This document shows positions 48,980-64,000 of a stretch of DNA of 64,000 nt, piece after piece (within the stretch, counting starts at the first letter, position 1; every line of letters starts with the position of its first letter). This stretch comes from Cycas panzhihuaensis (Eukaryota > Plantae > Cycadophyta). The stretch is taken from positions 163,067,741-163,131,740 of the forward strand of contig CM041465.1 in the NCBI GenBank assembly GCA_023213395.1, written 5' to 3'. Made by a program: the position numbers and the translations under genes. The notes beneath the pieces were generated by a model. That model was not told the origin of the DNA, did not search any database, and worked only from the letters and a program-made list of their open reading frames with translations.

Positions 48980-50862
48980 GTTAAGTATGAGACAAATAAG
49001 CCAGAGATAATAATGGATGAAAATTTTATCATCTTAAATGAAATTATTAGTATTAATCATATTACATTACAAAGTCGCTATTCAAAGCAATGATCTTATG
49101 TATGGGTTATTTCCAAGTTTTAGTTTCTTTAAATAATATGTTAGCGCTTTGTGTTTTTATATCCTTACTCCTTTGAACCTTACCTCTCGACACATGCATA
49201 TCACGTTCCATAAATTTAATAATATAGTGTGAGTTTTGAATGGCTTTTGATTTACGGGGTTTTAATAACTTTTGCGATGGCCAACCCCCATGATTACTAT
49301 CATTTCAAGTTAATAGGTTTGAAAAGTAAACCACTTGATTTATGGTCTCGATGAAGGGATTAAAGCACTTCATGCCTTGTACAAACATTAGTTGCTGCTT
49401 TTGATAATGGTTTTAAAGGAATCCTTGAAAGCTAAGCCATATGTTGAGTTGAAGGGATTGAAATTTTGATCCTCACTTTGTAGTCTTATAGGATATCATG
49501 ATAATCTCTAAACCAAACCCACTTTGTCTTAGTATCATGATCAATATATTCATTATAATTATATGAAAGCCGCCTCCTCATCAATGAAATCACAAACAAA
49601 CTAAGTTATGGGTGAAGGATTGTTGCCAAATAAATACCTCATAGTCAATATACAAAAGGGATTTCTATTCTATTATTAAGCAAGCTATAAGACTGGATTG
49701 AATATAAGTCCACATTGATAATTAAGGGTGAAATTAAAACAGAAATAACATGTCAAACTTTTAGAAAATTTGAGCATATAAAAAATATAAGATATACATA
49801 TTTTGTCTCATTGCTAAGATAAAAAAAGGCAAGCAAGCAATATATTTGAAACCTTAATATAGGCTTATTTCAATGAGTTTCAAAAGCTTGATGCAATTTG
49901 AGATAAATCAAAAGTTCAAAGAATATTCTTACATATTTATTGTTACAATCCCATTATGAATAGGTTATCTTTTATATTTATGTGACTTTTACAATATCTT
50001 AATAATAGATGTGAAAAAAGTTACATACATTACTTAAAATAACTAAATTTTGTTCACAAAAAAAAAAAAAAACTACCAAAGTTATGGCTTGGGTTGCATG
50101 TAAGTCATTTATATTATACTCTCACAAGTAACTTAAAAACATATAATATATTGTCTTCTAATTAAATAGTAAATAAGCCTCATGTGACTTCAATACATTT
50201 CATTATTATGGTTTAATATATAGAGTTTAGTTTATTAACTTCTTATAAGATTGAATGTATTACTTATAATGTGATTTATTATAATTGATTTGTTTTAATG
50301 TATATTTGAATTTATTGGGTTTAAATTTAGGATATGATAGCATGAATAATGCAAGAGCAGTTAAATTAATAATAGACCCAACAAGAGTTGGGTAAAGGAC
50401 TCAAAATATGAAGTGATGAAAAGAGAAGACAATGAAGAGCCAAGAGATGAAATATGTACATAAAATAGGTACAATAGATTTAATGGAAAACGGCCAATCT
50501 TTGTCTATTTAATATAAATTGTATATATTTATAGAGCACACTCACCTTATATGAGAACTTTAAAAGTCAACTATTATGGGCTATCACATACTTGAACTAA
50601 GTCTACTTACACACAATATTACTTATGAAATTGAATATTATATCCAAGATTCTCCTGTATAATATTTAATTTCAATAAATATCTCATCAACATTTTTTTT
50701 CCTTTAACTTTAAATTGTTAGAGAACTTCATTAAAGGGGCTTTCTTCATATAAGCATATACCACTATTATGCTACTAACTAGGGCATATTTTCTTTATGG
50801 TTTATACATCTTCATTTATTAACATCTATAAGAAAGTATAATAATCTACTAGTTTATATAGG

Positions 50863-53800
50863 TATTAATGATAGTTAACTTAAGTTAACTATAACTTAAT
50901 GCTTCATTAGGGATTAATTATTGTGTATAGGTATGACAGAAGGATGTGTCCATTTACGAAAAGTTATGATGAGGAGGCATGACCATATGTGGTACTATTC
51001 CAGGGTATATTTATTCATACCTCCTTGGTATTCCTATCATCAACTCAAATCAATGTGACCTCATTATCTTCTCATGATCCATGTCACCTCTAAAACACTA
51101 TGTATTGATTTATATTTAATAAATTAAAATATTGTGTTGGTGGGTTTTCTCTCTCAAGAGTTTCCTATGATAAATCTGGTGTTTGAGCCCCCTTACACAT
51201 GTTCCTGGCATATAGCAGTCCTTGCCTCTGGTTGGTTTGACACCTTACCTGCAACTTCCATATACACATACTCTCACATGGTATTAGAGCCTTAGGAAGT
51301 AAGGAATGATGTTAAAACTAAGATCTGAGATTGGAAACGAGTGAATTTATCACTAGCTAGTAAAATTCTAAGATTGGAGATCTATAGATCGAGTTAACAC
51401 TAAGAAAAGTGGGCATCCAGAGTTGCAAAATACATTAGGCACCTCATATACTTATGGCACCAACAGTGGAAGTCGTACAATGAAGTTGGGCACCAACCAA
51501 ATCCATACAATGATGTTGGGCTCAAATTGGGATCATAAAAGCAATGTTGGGCAAGTTTAAAGAAGTTTTTTAACTCATGTGACTTTGTTTAGAAGTGATA
51601 ATCACTCATAGAAGTCTGTAAGCCAAAGTTGGCATCTATTATCGAAAGTAATTTAAAAGATTTAATAGATATTTGTAGTCCTACAAACAACCTATGTACA
51701 ATAAAGGTTGGCATCTGATTGAATTAAAGACTGTCTTGATAGATTTGGAAGCAAAACACTGTACATTCTTATGATTTGAAGCGACAACAACAACCTTTGC
51801 AAGTATTGCACCAATCAAATTCAAACCAAATTTATTGATTTATAATATTAGATTATCTTCAATGCTAAAAATTGATTATTAATCCCAATGTCATTCATTA
51901 TGTGATCGATTGAAGAGTCGCATCTCTCCATTGATACATTTGTGTAGAATATTTCAATCTAGAGATGCACGAATAAATAAATCACACAAAGCTATCGTTA
52001 AAGTGTTGTTGGGATAAATATTGATATTCGTAAACTACCAATTTATGTAGAATACATTAATTTAATAACGCAGATTCAATGTACAATAGTCGCCGTTTAT
52101 AAAAATTAAGCACATTGATTAATATATATAATATTTGATATATATTTTGATCAATCAATATTGAAATGCATGTATATGATAATTCTAATATATTAATTTA
52201 ATCAATTGATTTATATATCATATGATATAGTTCGATCAATAATAATAATCACTTTTTTGAACTCACGCGGATGAAATATTAAAGGATGAAAATTTGGGAG
52301 AAGAGAATATTTTATATGAATATTCTTTCTTTAATATTAGATTTTAAACTTTGAATTAAGTATTTTAAAGTGAGTTATTCATTTTAAAAGTATTTTGTAA
52401 TGCTTATTTAGAGTAAATTCATTCGAGACTATGCTAACAACACTAACTTCCTGCATAAGATCTCATAGTCATCATCAAGAAGTGTTTTCAGTGCTAAATA
52501 AATGCCCTTTCATACATTATTGCTTTGATTGATATTAAAAGGCATATTATCTATAGAGAATGCGTTAAACTTGTCTTAGTGAAGTGATACACAAAGCAGT
52601 GAATTAAGCTTCATAAAGTGTTAAAATAGTGTTAACAAGACTAATCATCGTGATTGGTAATCAAGTGGAAGAGAACTCAAAGTATGTACAAACATGTACC
52701 CCAAAACAACCCTATTGCTACAAGTAATCTTTGATAGCACCAACTTCAAGGAGTGGAAGTCCAACATAGAGCTTATGTTGATGGTCCAGGAGCTTTGGGA
52801 CTTAACTTGCAAGGCTTCACCCAAGAAAAAGGAAGGGGAACCTAATGTTGCACCAGATAAACTCGCACGAAGAAAGTAACTTCATGCCATCAGTCTACTG
52901 AAGCTCTTGCTTACCCTAGATCAAAGAGCACTCATCCACAAGTTGAATATGCCATACGATATTTGGCAAACACTTTGTGACACATTTGAACAAAAGAAGA
53001 TAAATTGGTTGGTCATTTTATTAGGTGAACTATTCAATTCTTGCATTGAGGATAAGAGCAACATCAGCGCCTATTTGAATAAGTTGATTGATATCAGGAA
53101 TAAGCTAGAGTGAATAGAAGAAGACCTGATTAGCAATAAAATTTTGGATGCAATCGTCATGAACAAGTTGCTAACATCTTATAATGCCTTTCAAACTATG
53201 TATAACGTTGACAAGATGTTACAAGTTACCTCATTTCAGAAGTTGAAGGAACTACTTCTTGCAGAGGAAGCTAACCTCAAGCATCATGGGTTTGTGGATT
53301 CAATTGATACTAATCATACCATATCCTCAAAAGTTTAGAAGAATAAGGATGAAGATAGAGATAAACATTCACATGAAGAGGTCACCAATAAAAGGAAGGA
53401 GAAGAAATATAATGGTTTATGTACCTACTATAAAAAGATGGGCCATGGAGAAAATGATTATTGGGTAAGGAAAAAGAACATAAGGCAAACCAATGGAAAA
53501 AAGAAAATTGTAGCGTATTGTGTGCGAGGATTAACTAACTCAGGTGCACAATAGCATATCTCTCCTAAAAGGTGGAGTTTTGATATATTGAACTAAGATG
53601 TTGGCCAGACGAATGCCATACTTGATATTATTGATACGGTACTAGTAAAAAATGCTAAAATAGTCATAATGAAAGGTGGTTGTCTCAAGAAGGTACAATA
53701 TACACCTAGAATGAATTAAAATCTTTGTTCTACTTAGGATACCTAGGTATACTTTCCTAAAGATAAGTTAGAAGTGAAAGATAAAGTGACATAAGAAAAA

Positions 53801-55582
53801 ATATATGAAAATCAAATAAATTTCTTAAGGAGTAAATGTGGAAAAGCTAATGACAGTCACATTTCTAAGTTCTGTTCCAATCATGATATTGAGTTAATCC
53901 CATGTGATGGAGTTGTCACATAGAAAATTGATACCTTGATTGACATGGCATTTCATAAGGTACAAACATAACATATCCCATTCAACTTCGGGACAGAAGC
54001 TGTGAGAACTGATGTTCATATTGTGAACCAGATTCCAACCTATGTAGTTCAAAGTGTAATGCCACATGAAAGATGGAGTAGTTAGAAGCCTTCTATTGAA
54101 AAAATCTTAAGGTGCATCGAAAATGCACTAATCTCTTATAGAAGGATGAAGAAATTTGACCATAGTCGTAAAAGTGCCTTTGTGGGATACTATGGAAATA
54201 ATCATGGACTGTGGAATCCAATGATGTAGAAATTTCTTCAATTGTTAGGATATAAAAATCAATGAAGCATCAACATACTAGGTTGTTAAGCCTATATTAA
54301 TAGATGTTTGTTACCCCACCTTCACGACATCTCCTAATCCTATAAAGGTCGAGCTCTAAGAGGAAGATGAAGTAAAAAGGTAATGAAAAACACTAGTTAC
54401 TCGTTTAGGAGATGGCAACCTCCTCTAAGTCTTTATTGGCTATAACTAAGGATATAAGAGAAAGGTTGATTAAAACTTGAACTATTAGTAAACTTCAAAT
54501 GATGAAAGTCATTCACTCCCATGTTCTTGATTCATTATGGCAAATGAGTCCTTCCTAAAAAGTAACTATGGAGGAGGAAAGAGATTCTTTAAATGGAAAT
54601 TTTCCTTCTATTCAAATTGACCCTAAGATGACGATTGCACCTATTGATTATAAGATAGTAAACATGTCAAATATAACAGCTATACTCATAGGAGAGTCAT
54701 ATCAAAATAATATTCAGTCTGCATTTCTTAATCTAGACTTAAGGAGATTATATTAGGCACAAACCTCTAAGGCCACTAAGAAAGGATAAGATAAATAATT
54801 GTGCTAATTAAATAGTGCTAAAGGTACATACCCTATGTTCGATTTGGACTTACCTTTAATTGAGGGAATATTATAACCTATGGAAGAAGCTCTTGGTTTA
54901 GGGGAAGAGTACCTGAAAGATCGAGTATCAACATTAGAAGTGAGATACTAGTTGATTGTTCAAAAGGTATTTGATGAAAGCAAGCTTCAAGTAGAATCTT
55001 CTTTAACCACTAACCAGGTTGTGAATCAATTCACTAAGCTATTGGATAAACATCACCAGTCAAAACTCAACAAAATCATCCTTGAGGGGGTATCAGTCTA
55101 CGAGGACAGATCTCTTAACTAATGGAGTAGTTATGTTTTGCTTCATCCCCTATTTGTATTAAGGGGGGATACTAGCGATAGTTAACTTAGGCTAACTACA
55201 ACTTAATGCTTTATTAGGGATTAATTATTGTGTGCAGATGTGATGGAAGGATGTGTCTATTTATGAAAAGATATAATGAGGAGGCATGACCGTACATGGT
55301 ACCATTTTAAGATATATTTATTCATACCTCCTCGGTATTCCTATCATCAACTCAAATCAATGTGATCTCATCATCTTCTCATGCTCCATCTCACCTCTGA
55401 AACATTGTGTATTATTCTATATTTAATATATTAAAATATTGTATTGATGGGTTTTCTCTCTCGGGAGTTTCCCACAATAAATGTGGTGTTCGAGTCCCCT
55501 TGTGCATGTTGACATGTAATAGTCCTTGGCTTTGGTTGGTTTGACACTGAACCTACAACCTATGTATACACATACTCTCATA
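50863..55582 (+). mobile_element. Element H: non-autonomous Ty1/Copia (4.7 kb) with decayed gag and fragmented pol
   Basis: LTRs 50863-51278 and 55170-55582; perfect TSD ATAGG; PBS TGGTATTAGAGC 51279-51290; PPT AAGGGGGGA 55161-55169; gag FDSTNFKEWKSNIELMLMVQELWD. Confidence 0.92.
52694..55120 (+). pseudogene. H gag and pol vestiges
   Basis: Gag ORF fragments 52694-53468; NSGA..HIS protease remnant; integrase remnant ~53800-54260; IQSAFLNLDL RT island; NQFTKLL RNase H end. Confidence 0.75.
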
Positions 55583-55994
55583 ATAGGTAACCAACCACCA
55601 TAGTTGCAAGTCTATTAGGAGCACTTTCAGATACATGCTTCTATGAGTATTAGAATAATATCTTTGGAATATACCAAACTACTTAGGCAAAGGAATAAAT
55701 TAAACATCTACAAGAGTTAACACGAATGTCCTACCTCTTACCTTATGGGATCATATATTTAAGCAGCTTCTTTGACATTTTTCTTACTAGAAATGCATCT
55801 AATTAATGGGTCTTTAGCCTTACAACATCATCATCATAAGTAACATGTGTTTTTCACCTCTTAGGTAATGAATTTCAACAAATACAAAGAAATTTAACTC
55901 TTATGTTTTGATAAATAAGAAGATGTAATTTTATTATACATCAAATTTTTCTTTTCCCATGCAGTAAATTATATAATTACAAGTTATAAGTGAT

Positions 55995-56022
<28 letters not shown>
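55995..56022. repeat. (TA)14 microsatellite
   Basis: Direct reading. Confidence 0.95.
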
Positions 56023-56025
<3 letters not shown>

Positions 56026-56120
56026 GAATATAAAAGGATGTGACTTGTGAGAAAGTAGTCATCCCTTTTCACAATATTAACTATTAATACTAATTATTGT
56101 TTAATCATTAATTAAATAAG

Positions 56121-59100
56121 TTTTTTTTTAAGGTAAAATCCTTATAAAGTGAGGTTGACCCTTTGGTGTAAGATGTTATAGGATAAAGGAAACTTTTCTA
56201 CCAAAATTACTAAGGACTCACACTTAGCCCTGCCTACTTGAGAGACATTAATAACACACAACTTCATACCCTCTAAAAGCATGAAACGATATAATAGTTT
56301 GGATTACACAATATTTAAGACTATAAAATCTTAAGAATACTAACATACTATCACATCAAAACCACCATAAACACCATGAAGTCTCGTGCTTTGTTTGACG
56401 TGAATCTATCACATTTCTATGAAGCTCACTCTCATCAACCAAGAATTTTTGCATTCCAATCCATCATTACCAAGAACACCTCAAACTTTGAACACCATAA
56501 TGCATGCCCCAGTTAGTGACACCATGCAACCAATCCATACTATTCTCAAGACCCTTTCACACCACCCTAAACTAATTAACAAGACCACTTCAATAAACAT
56601 GACATCAAAAAAACTTGTGCTTATCTCTTATAAAGCTACCACTACCCATATAAGTTTTTCATCTTCAAAAGAATTTCATTAGTCCCTAAGGCCTATTAAA
56701 GAGATTAGTTGGAGCAAATCCATCCACCCATTCTCTTTTCCCCATTATGATTTATCTTCATACCCATAATTAATAATAACTATAGAACACCACCATAACG
56801 AGCCACATGCTTGCAAAGTTGGTCTTAAGCATAATTGGTAATGTTATTGGCTAATCATAAATGGAAAGTATAATGCTCAATCCACTAAAAGCTTCTTATC
56901 AATTAAGAAGAGAAACCATGAGTGTTGATCCAAATGAAATGTTGATCAAGAAAGAAAGATATGCATATAACCTTACTAGCTTGGTACCAAATTCTAATCA
57001 CCATTAATAAATGACAACCAAATACTAAATGCCAAATGCCAATAGTCTATTACCATCACTTATAGAGATAAACATTAGTTTTTTCTGCTTAATTTTGGGG
57101 TTCATCAAGGAGTTGATCATAGCCTTCTTTGTTATATCTAAGCTAGACGAATACACCACTCTAATAGGATAATAAATGACACTTGGTCTATAGCCACTTC
57201 CATATTCATCCCACCCATCAACAAATATATTAATGCTTCCAGGTTTTGCAAAAACCTACACATAAAACCATTGGAATCAATAAATACAACTACCACATGC
57301 GTCGTCACTAAAATCTCTAAGGTTAAAAATGAAACTGAAACTTCATGAGTCGATAGACCCACTATCACTTAAGCACATACATTGCAATCCATGGTATAAC
57401 CAAATAACACCGAATATTAAATGCCATTGTCATACAACGGTCTATTACCATCACAAATAGAGATAAACATTAGTTTTTTCTACTTGGTTTAGGGGTTCAT
57501 AAAGGAGTTGATCATAACTTTCTATGCCAGATTTAAGCCAGATGAAGCACTTTGATAGGCTAATATGCTTAATCTTCATAATGTATTACTTAAGGGGATC
57601 ACAACACTAACACGACTGAATCATGCATCTGCCATGACCATCATAGTGAGAATATGCAAATAGATTGAGCCTCTTACCACATGTTTATTAAGATGACCAA
57701 TATGTATGGATCAATGATTGCATTAATCTAACAATATTGGATCAACAACTAAGCATCAAACCACCCTAAGTTGATCATGCCTATGACAACTAGATGATGA
57801 ATATGGATGAATACATAATGATGAGAACTTACTTATGAGCTAAACCCACTTCTTACTTAAGAGTACAAAGGATAAATATCATGGAGCACTCAGTTAATCA
57901 TCTTAGTCTAAAGATGTCTCCACACATTATAGTCTCTATCTAATAATACACTAGTCCACACTATTGAAATGTTAGATGAGGTAACCAAGCCATCCAAATA
58001 AGATAATAACTATATGACTACCACAGATTCTGGTCTTATAAGGGATAGATTGTGCATAAACATAAATGAGTACTGCCACCTTCTCATATCTCACAAATGA
58101 GACAATTATTCTTATCTTAATTGAGGTCTATAGAGACATGCTTATATTACTCCTTTGTTATTAATTAGTCATAACCACTAGCCAATAATATCAAAAGTAA
58201 CCTCTATTATAACAACCAATAATCAACCAACTAGATCTTTTAAGTACCATTCCAAGCACTCCACATTCACCTTGCTTAAGCACTCATTATGAACCTTAGA
58301 AACTAAGTAGTCAAGTGAATAACTCAATGATGCCTCAAGAGCGAATATCATTCAATGCTCTTCTTTATAGACACATATCCAAAGCCTTGGTCCTATTAAT
58401 AACACTAATACTAAATGTAAACTTAAACACCAATTATGCCACCTCAGTAAGAGGATACCTCAAACCACCATAGGCACTACTTATGTAGCACACTATAAGA
58501 TCTAAAAATTCTTAACAGCTTACTACCACAACAATCAACTTCATCAACACCTCAAAAAGAAAAGGTCCTATCTAATTACCTTCTTCAACAAACTACACCA
58601 AATTTTCCCACTTACTCTTTGTTTCTTGGGCTTTGAATGTCATAGTTAAGCCCATAATTCTTTTATAACAATGATCAACTCCATCCCTAGTAGGATGAAC
58701 CCTTTTTAGTTCTTGATATACCTTAATTGATTCTTAGTCTGATAGCCTTATAAGCATCCAACTCAAGCTTATCTTATCTGAATCTTAGTTGGGACTAAAT
58801 TCCACATTTAATGTCTCTAGTAGCTTCCTATTGTGAAATTTCCTTGATAGGTAGTTCACCCATAGATATTTTTACTCTTCTTTTTGTCCATCTCCCCATA
58901 ATCCATTTGGCCTTTAGATATTAAGGCTGGCATAATACCACTACTAGCCTTAAGCGACGGAGCCCCTCCACTAATGGAATCACCTTCTACACTAATGGGT
59001 TTTTTTAGCACCTCAATCTCTTCAAAGGTCTAAAGGTTTCAATTTTATGGTATTATTTTTATCTCCTCAGTCTTGCACCCTATATTTGCATCTAGCTTAG

Positions 59101-60350
59101 TCATTGAAGAGATAATCAGATCAAACATTAGATCGGTTTTGAAGCTTACCTTTGAAATTGCTAAAACTCCACCTGATGATATACCTAAATCTCATTGCCC
59201 ACTATGGTTCTTAGATGGTAGCACTCCACATGATGGTTCACCTAAACACCCTACCTAACATGACTCTTATTATAATGATGAACATTAAAGGAAGAAACTA
59301 CACACTCCTCATCATTGTCATTAACCTAGGCTTCTCCTAACAAAACATCTTCTTCACATTGTTTATAAATATTCTTAATCATATCATTATGTTACATAAT
59401 AGAAGGTCATGTTTTGTGCTCCACATCAAAGTCTTCACTGTCATCATCCTTAGCATAAGCTAAGCTTTAGAACCAATTATCTAATACTAACTTTTGTTAT
59501 CCTTGACCCTTAGCATGACCAAATTTTAATTGACCTTTATATTGCATTGCAACAAACCCTTCATCACTCATATGATTTAAAGTTAGGCCAGATGCAATAT
59601 TCTTCTGAGGGCATTCACAGACAAAATGTTTATAATGATGATAAAATCCACATTTAAAAGAAACTTGCTTATAATTGATGTCCTACATCCACTAACATTT
59701 TTCTATAATGATCTCCATCTAATCTAGGACACCCTTTATGATGTTTATTTCAACATATATCTAGGCAAATGATGTAACCCTCTAGGATGAGGTGGCTTCT
59801 ACCATGTTAAGAAATTGCCCTAGAGATAATCTAATAGCATCAAAAGCTTTATCACTCTAATACTACAATGAAAAGAATATGAGTTTAACCCAGATCAAAA
59901 TAGAACTAGGACTTTTTAAATATGGATTAAAAGACTTCTCTCAAAATCTTATCTAGGCCATAAATCAAGGACCCTTATAAAAAATTATATCCCTTTTATT
60001 AGCATTTTTAAAGATGGCCATAAAGAAACCATGACTAACATAGTAAATATTAAACTCTTAAGAAATTAATAAGACCTAGTTGATTTAAATCCATACATGT
60101 AGGCCTCTAGGTGATGACTATAGATTAAATAATTGACATAAAAGACCATAATCGACTAAAGAAGTAAACTTTATGAAGAAATAACTCAAATCAAACTAAA
60201 CATAGGGTTTGATCCCCTTATGTTTCATGCGTGCACCCCACTTAGGGGCCCGATCATCCTTCCTCTACTATGGAGTGCCCGCTCCAAGTGATCTCGTATA
60301 GTGTAGAGAATTATCCTCTATCCTCTACCTTCTTAACATCCTTCCTTTGT
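56121..60350 (-). mobile_element. Heavily decayed L1-type LINE (ORF1, endonuclease and RT remnants)
   Basis: Minus-strand ORF1 motifs HGFFMAIF, ILIWVKL, knuckle CGFYHHYKHFVCECP (~59610-59655); endonuclease/RT-like remnants 56300-58700; T-run at 56121-56129 as putative poly(A); internal duplication ~57020-57150 / 57415-57545. Confidence 0.6.
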
Positions 60351-61728
60351 TTGCCCTTCATTAATTAAATAAGCTTACTACAAACCTTTCCATCCTAAAA
60401 ATGCTTTACCCTTAAAGCATAATGAGACAATTTTTATAAATGAGGAAATTTATTAAAAATTATAGATGTTTCCCATGAAATATCTTCTATTGGAAAAATT
60501 TTCCATTTAATTTGGTATTCTCAAATGTCTTAGATCATAAGCAACATTATCTTGTATTTAGTATATAATTAAGAATTAAAAAAAAAACCTTCTTTATTTA
60601 AGATTTTTTTAAAAGTAAAATAAGGATATTATTAAATTAGAAAATTAATTGCAATACAAGTAGATGGAAATGAATAAAGGATCATGAGGATCTCATAACC
60701 CAATCTTTTACATGCAAAGCACTAAGGATAGAGACATCCATATAAAGGTGTTTCCTAAGTTTTTTGCATAAAGGAGTGAAGCATCAATTATAGGATAACC
60801 ATAAAAGAATTTCCTTCTTAATATGGCCATAGGTGTGGTTGAAGGAGGGTATAACTTGTTGGAAGTATGTCGTGGTACGAATTTTCCAGATTTCATGGAT
60901 GATGATCTTGAAGAGTAGAAGCTAGAGATCTATCAAATGGCAATGATATACGAATCAAGTGTGAGTCATGGCCCAACTTTCTTTGACTAGCCAAGAATAA
61001 AGAGGTAATTGATCATTATGGATTTTAGTAAAACCCTGATCTAGATCAAAGATATAGAAGGAAGTATACCAAATGTCATTAACTAGAGGATATAACCACC
61101 ATATATGGTCAAAATTATCATTATGAGCACCATAAATTAAGTAAGAAGCTTCACATTGAATGTTCCATTAGTTCCATATATCCTAGAAAATAAAAGCCTT
61201 ATAAAGAATCCTCTAGTGGAGTAAATTATATTTGGGTTGAGCTCACTTCCACCATATCCATTCCCATTCAACTTCAATATGAGCATGGCAATATTACTAA
61301 TTATGAATCATATAATGGAATTGTGTGGGCTAAAAAACTTAAGCCCTAGAGAGAAACCTAAGACCTTCCTCCCACTATAAGTCTATTGTAGCCTTTAGGG
61401 GCTCCACTTGTCATAAGAAGGAATTGAGTTTATTAGGCAACTAAAGAAAAATTGATTCAGGGTGAGGGTTAATCTTACTTACAAGAGTAACTAGTTCCTT
61501 CCATTAAACTTGATTAAAATCGTGAAATTGAAGCATTACATGTAGGTTATGAGAGTTAAAGAATTGAACCAATGGTGCAAACTTCTCTTGGTTGACTAGT
61601 AGAGGAAACCATATGGGCAACCATTTATTGATGTAAAAGTTGACTCTGAGACCTACTGAGCCTAAAGAAAAGACATTCTAATGAAGTTTATCCTATGTTA
61701 TGACCATGTGATTCTAAATAATGGAACC

Positions 61729-64000
61729 TTTATTTTATTTTATTTTTATTAGGTACAAATAAGAGGGGTTTTAACAAGGCCCCAACCTTTTAATAAGAGC
61801 TACCTTTCAGCTCACATAATGGCCATGACAAGCTCATAGCCTAGTTATATCTGGTCACTAAAACTAGTTAACCTACCCTACCATGACAAACTTAGTGGCT
61901 AGCTCTATTGTCGTAACCCAGATAAATCCTCCTTAACCAAACTCATAATCTTGTTCGGGACTTCCTCCATTTAAAAGCAAGACCTCTTATGACTGACCCC
62001 CTAATTAGCTAGCTTATCTGTAGCCCCATTTGCCTCCCTGTAAGTATGTTTTACCTAGACATTCTTCCATCTCTTTAAGGTATCCTATATATCTCTAATC
62101 AATGTGGCTAGTTTCCAATATGGCTTTGTCATCCCTTTGAGCATATTAATAACATTTAAGGAATCCCCTTCTATGATCAACTTCTTACACCTTAGCTCAC
62201 TATCCAAGTCTATGGCTTTCTGCATAGCTACCATTTTAGCTATGTGGATAGTCTATTGACTATAGTAATTTGCCAAAGCCCACTTAACTTCCCCTCTAGA
62301 GTTTTTATAGATACCCCCTTCTCTAACCTCCCTAGGGTTTCCTTTAGTTGTGCCATCAAAAGTTATTTTCACCAATGTTTCCATAGGTAGAATCCAATGA
62401 TAGTCTTTCCTCAAATCCCTAGATATTCTAGGCCTTATCCCCCTTCTCTCCATTATGGTTCTTTCATAATCTAGGATAAATTTCTCCTCTTTAGGTTTAG
62501 TAGTTTCCCCTATTCCAACCTTGATAATTCTAAAAGTGCTCTATTCATCCCTCTGCCTATCTTGAAGTATCCTCCTATTTCTCTCCTTCTATAGATTCCA
62601 CATTATGATAAGCAAAGATATTCGCCACATATGAGCTAATGTTCTACTCTTAAAGGGATTAGTCCAAGCCAACAACTGGTCCTTGAGGGTTTCAACAGTC
62701 ACCCACTAAACATCAAATTGAGCCCATATCATCTTCCACACCCTTCTAGAATATGAGTAATAAAGGAGTATATAATTTATCAACTCCTCATCCTCCCGGT
62801 AAAGCACTCACCAGTTTGCCATAGTAAAGCCCCTCCTCCTCAAGTTATCCACCATTAGGATCTTATTCCTTAGGCACAACCATCAAAATATTGCTATCTT
62901 AGGGGTCAGGCCTATTTTCCATACCCCATCTAGGAGTGGGTATTTTCGATCCCCTCTTTCTTAATATAAAAATAGGTATCCCCATTTTGCTAAGTAATCT
63001 CTAGAAGGGTTTAAAGGCCATACCATTGAGTCCTCTTCTACTCTTCTTAGAATATAACATTGGCTAATTACCTTTTTTAAAGTTTTTATTTAGTCTTGGA
63101 CCATTTGCTCTCCTTGGAGCTCATGAAAGTCCCTCCGCCTAATGATCCGATCCTGGATCACCCAATAGTCCATAACCTTTGTATCATAGGTCCTCTTGTA
63201 AGGACCCTAAAGGGGACCTACTTTGGGCCTCCCCTTAAGCTGCAAGTCACCACACCATGCGTCCTCCCAAAAGTTTATAGTATTACCATCCCTTAGCTTC
63301 CACTGCACTCTTATGTCAAGCATCCACCTCAAATGAAACACACTCCTCCAAATTGATAATCCATAGGGAGTTAGAGAGTTGTCATTTAAGAAATGCTCCC
63401 TTTGGAGATACTTATGGGACAAGATTCTATCCCATAAACCCCCTCCTTTCTTAGCCAGGTGCCAACTAAGCTTAGCCACTAGAACTCTGTTAAAAGAATC
63501 TAATCTCTAGAGATTTGAGCCACCCACCCATTTGGGATGGAACACTTTCTCCCAGTCCACTAGGTGAATTCTATCCTTTTGCTCCATCCCAAACTAGAGG
63601 AAACACTTCTAAATAAATTCTAGGATAGACCTGGCTTTGAAGAGGATCTTGAAAATGGATATCATTGAGACCATAATACTCTGTAAAGAAGCAACAACCA
63701 GCTAAATCATACCAACTTGATTAAGTAAGGAACCCTTCCAACCAACTATCTTCCTTTGCGTCTTGTCAATTATGGGATTCCATAATTCCTTTAACATCTT
63801 TCCAGTGAACAAAGGTGTACCCAAGTAGGTCATTGGGAGTTTGCAGATCAACATCTTGAGAATCCTATTAATCTTCTTTTGAACCCTTTCCTTAGTGTTT
63901 GCAAAGAAGATATTGCTTATGTTTAGATTTACCCATTGATTGGTGGCTCTCTCAAACTTATCCAAGCCTTATTTAAACATCCATGCTTCCCTCAAAGTAG
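61729..64000 (-). mobile_element. 3' part of an RNase H-containing L1 LINE (Ta11-like), disrupted
   Basis: LPMTYLGTPLF, IHLVDWEKV..PK.VGG, GNTINFWEDAWCG, zf-RVT remnant, RNase H VKITFDGTTKGNP; A-rich tail at 61729-61750. Confidence 0.9.

Noticed and set aside
60600-61728. Possible third LINE 3' fragment
   Set aside because: A T-run is present but no convincing protein motif could be read.

Overview
Land-plant nuclear DNA, probably from a large-genome non-flowering plant (inferred from the retrotransposon lineages and intron size; the species cannot be determined). The only host gene I recognise is the first coding exon of eIF3K (minus strand, 48734-48853). I found no exon 2, so the left ~48.7 kb appears to be one giant intron. 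It holds a nest of LTR retrotransposons largely resolved by target-site duplications (TSDs): Copia D contains Gypsy G1; G1 contains Copia F, Copia A, Copia B and Gypsy-type element C; C contains Gypsy G2; G2 contains chromovirus E. Upstream of eIF3K lie a non-autonomous Copia (H) and decayed L1 LINEs. Top finding: element C (16205-34646, perfect GCTAG TSD) has lost its R/U5, PBS and gag-pol. In their place it carries a ~1.8 kb intron-containing host-gene fragment resembling the N-terminal DUF7028/MBD-like domain of IDM1/ROS4-family anti-silencing histone acetyltransferases, in sense orientation just downstream of the LTR TATA box. Other points: a young RT-less Copia with no clear PPT, RNA hairpins and a 19-mer conserved between two Copia leaders, and a Gypsy with a second capsid-like domain and an extra 3' ORF. 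All alignments and counts were made by eye.
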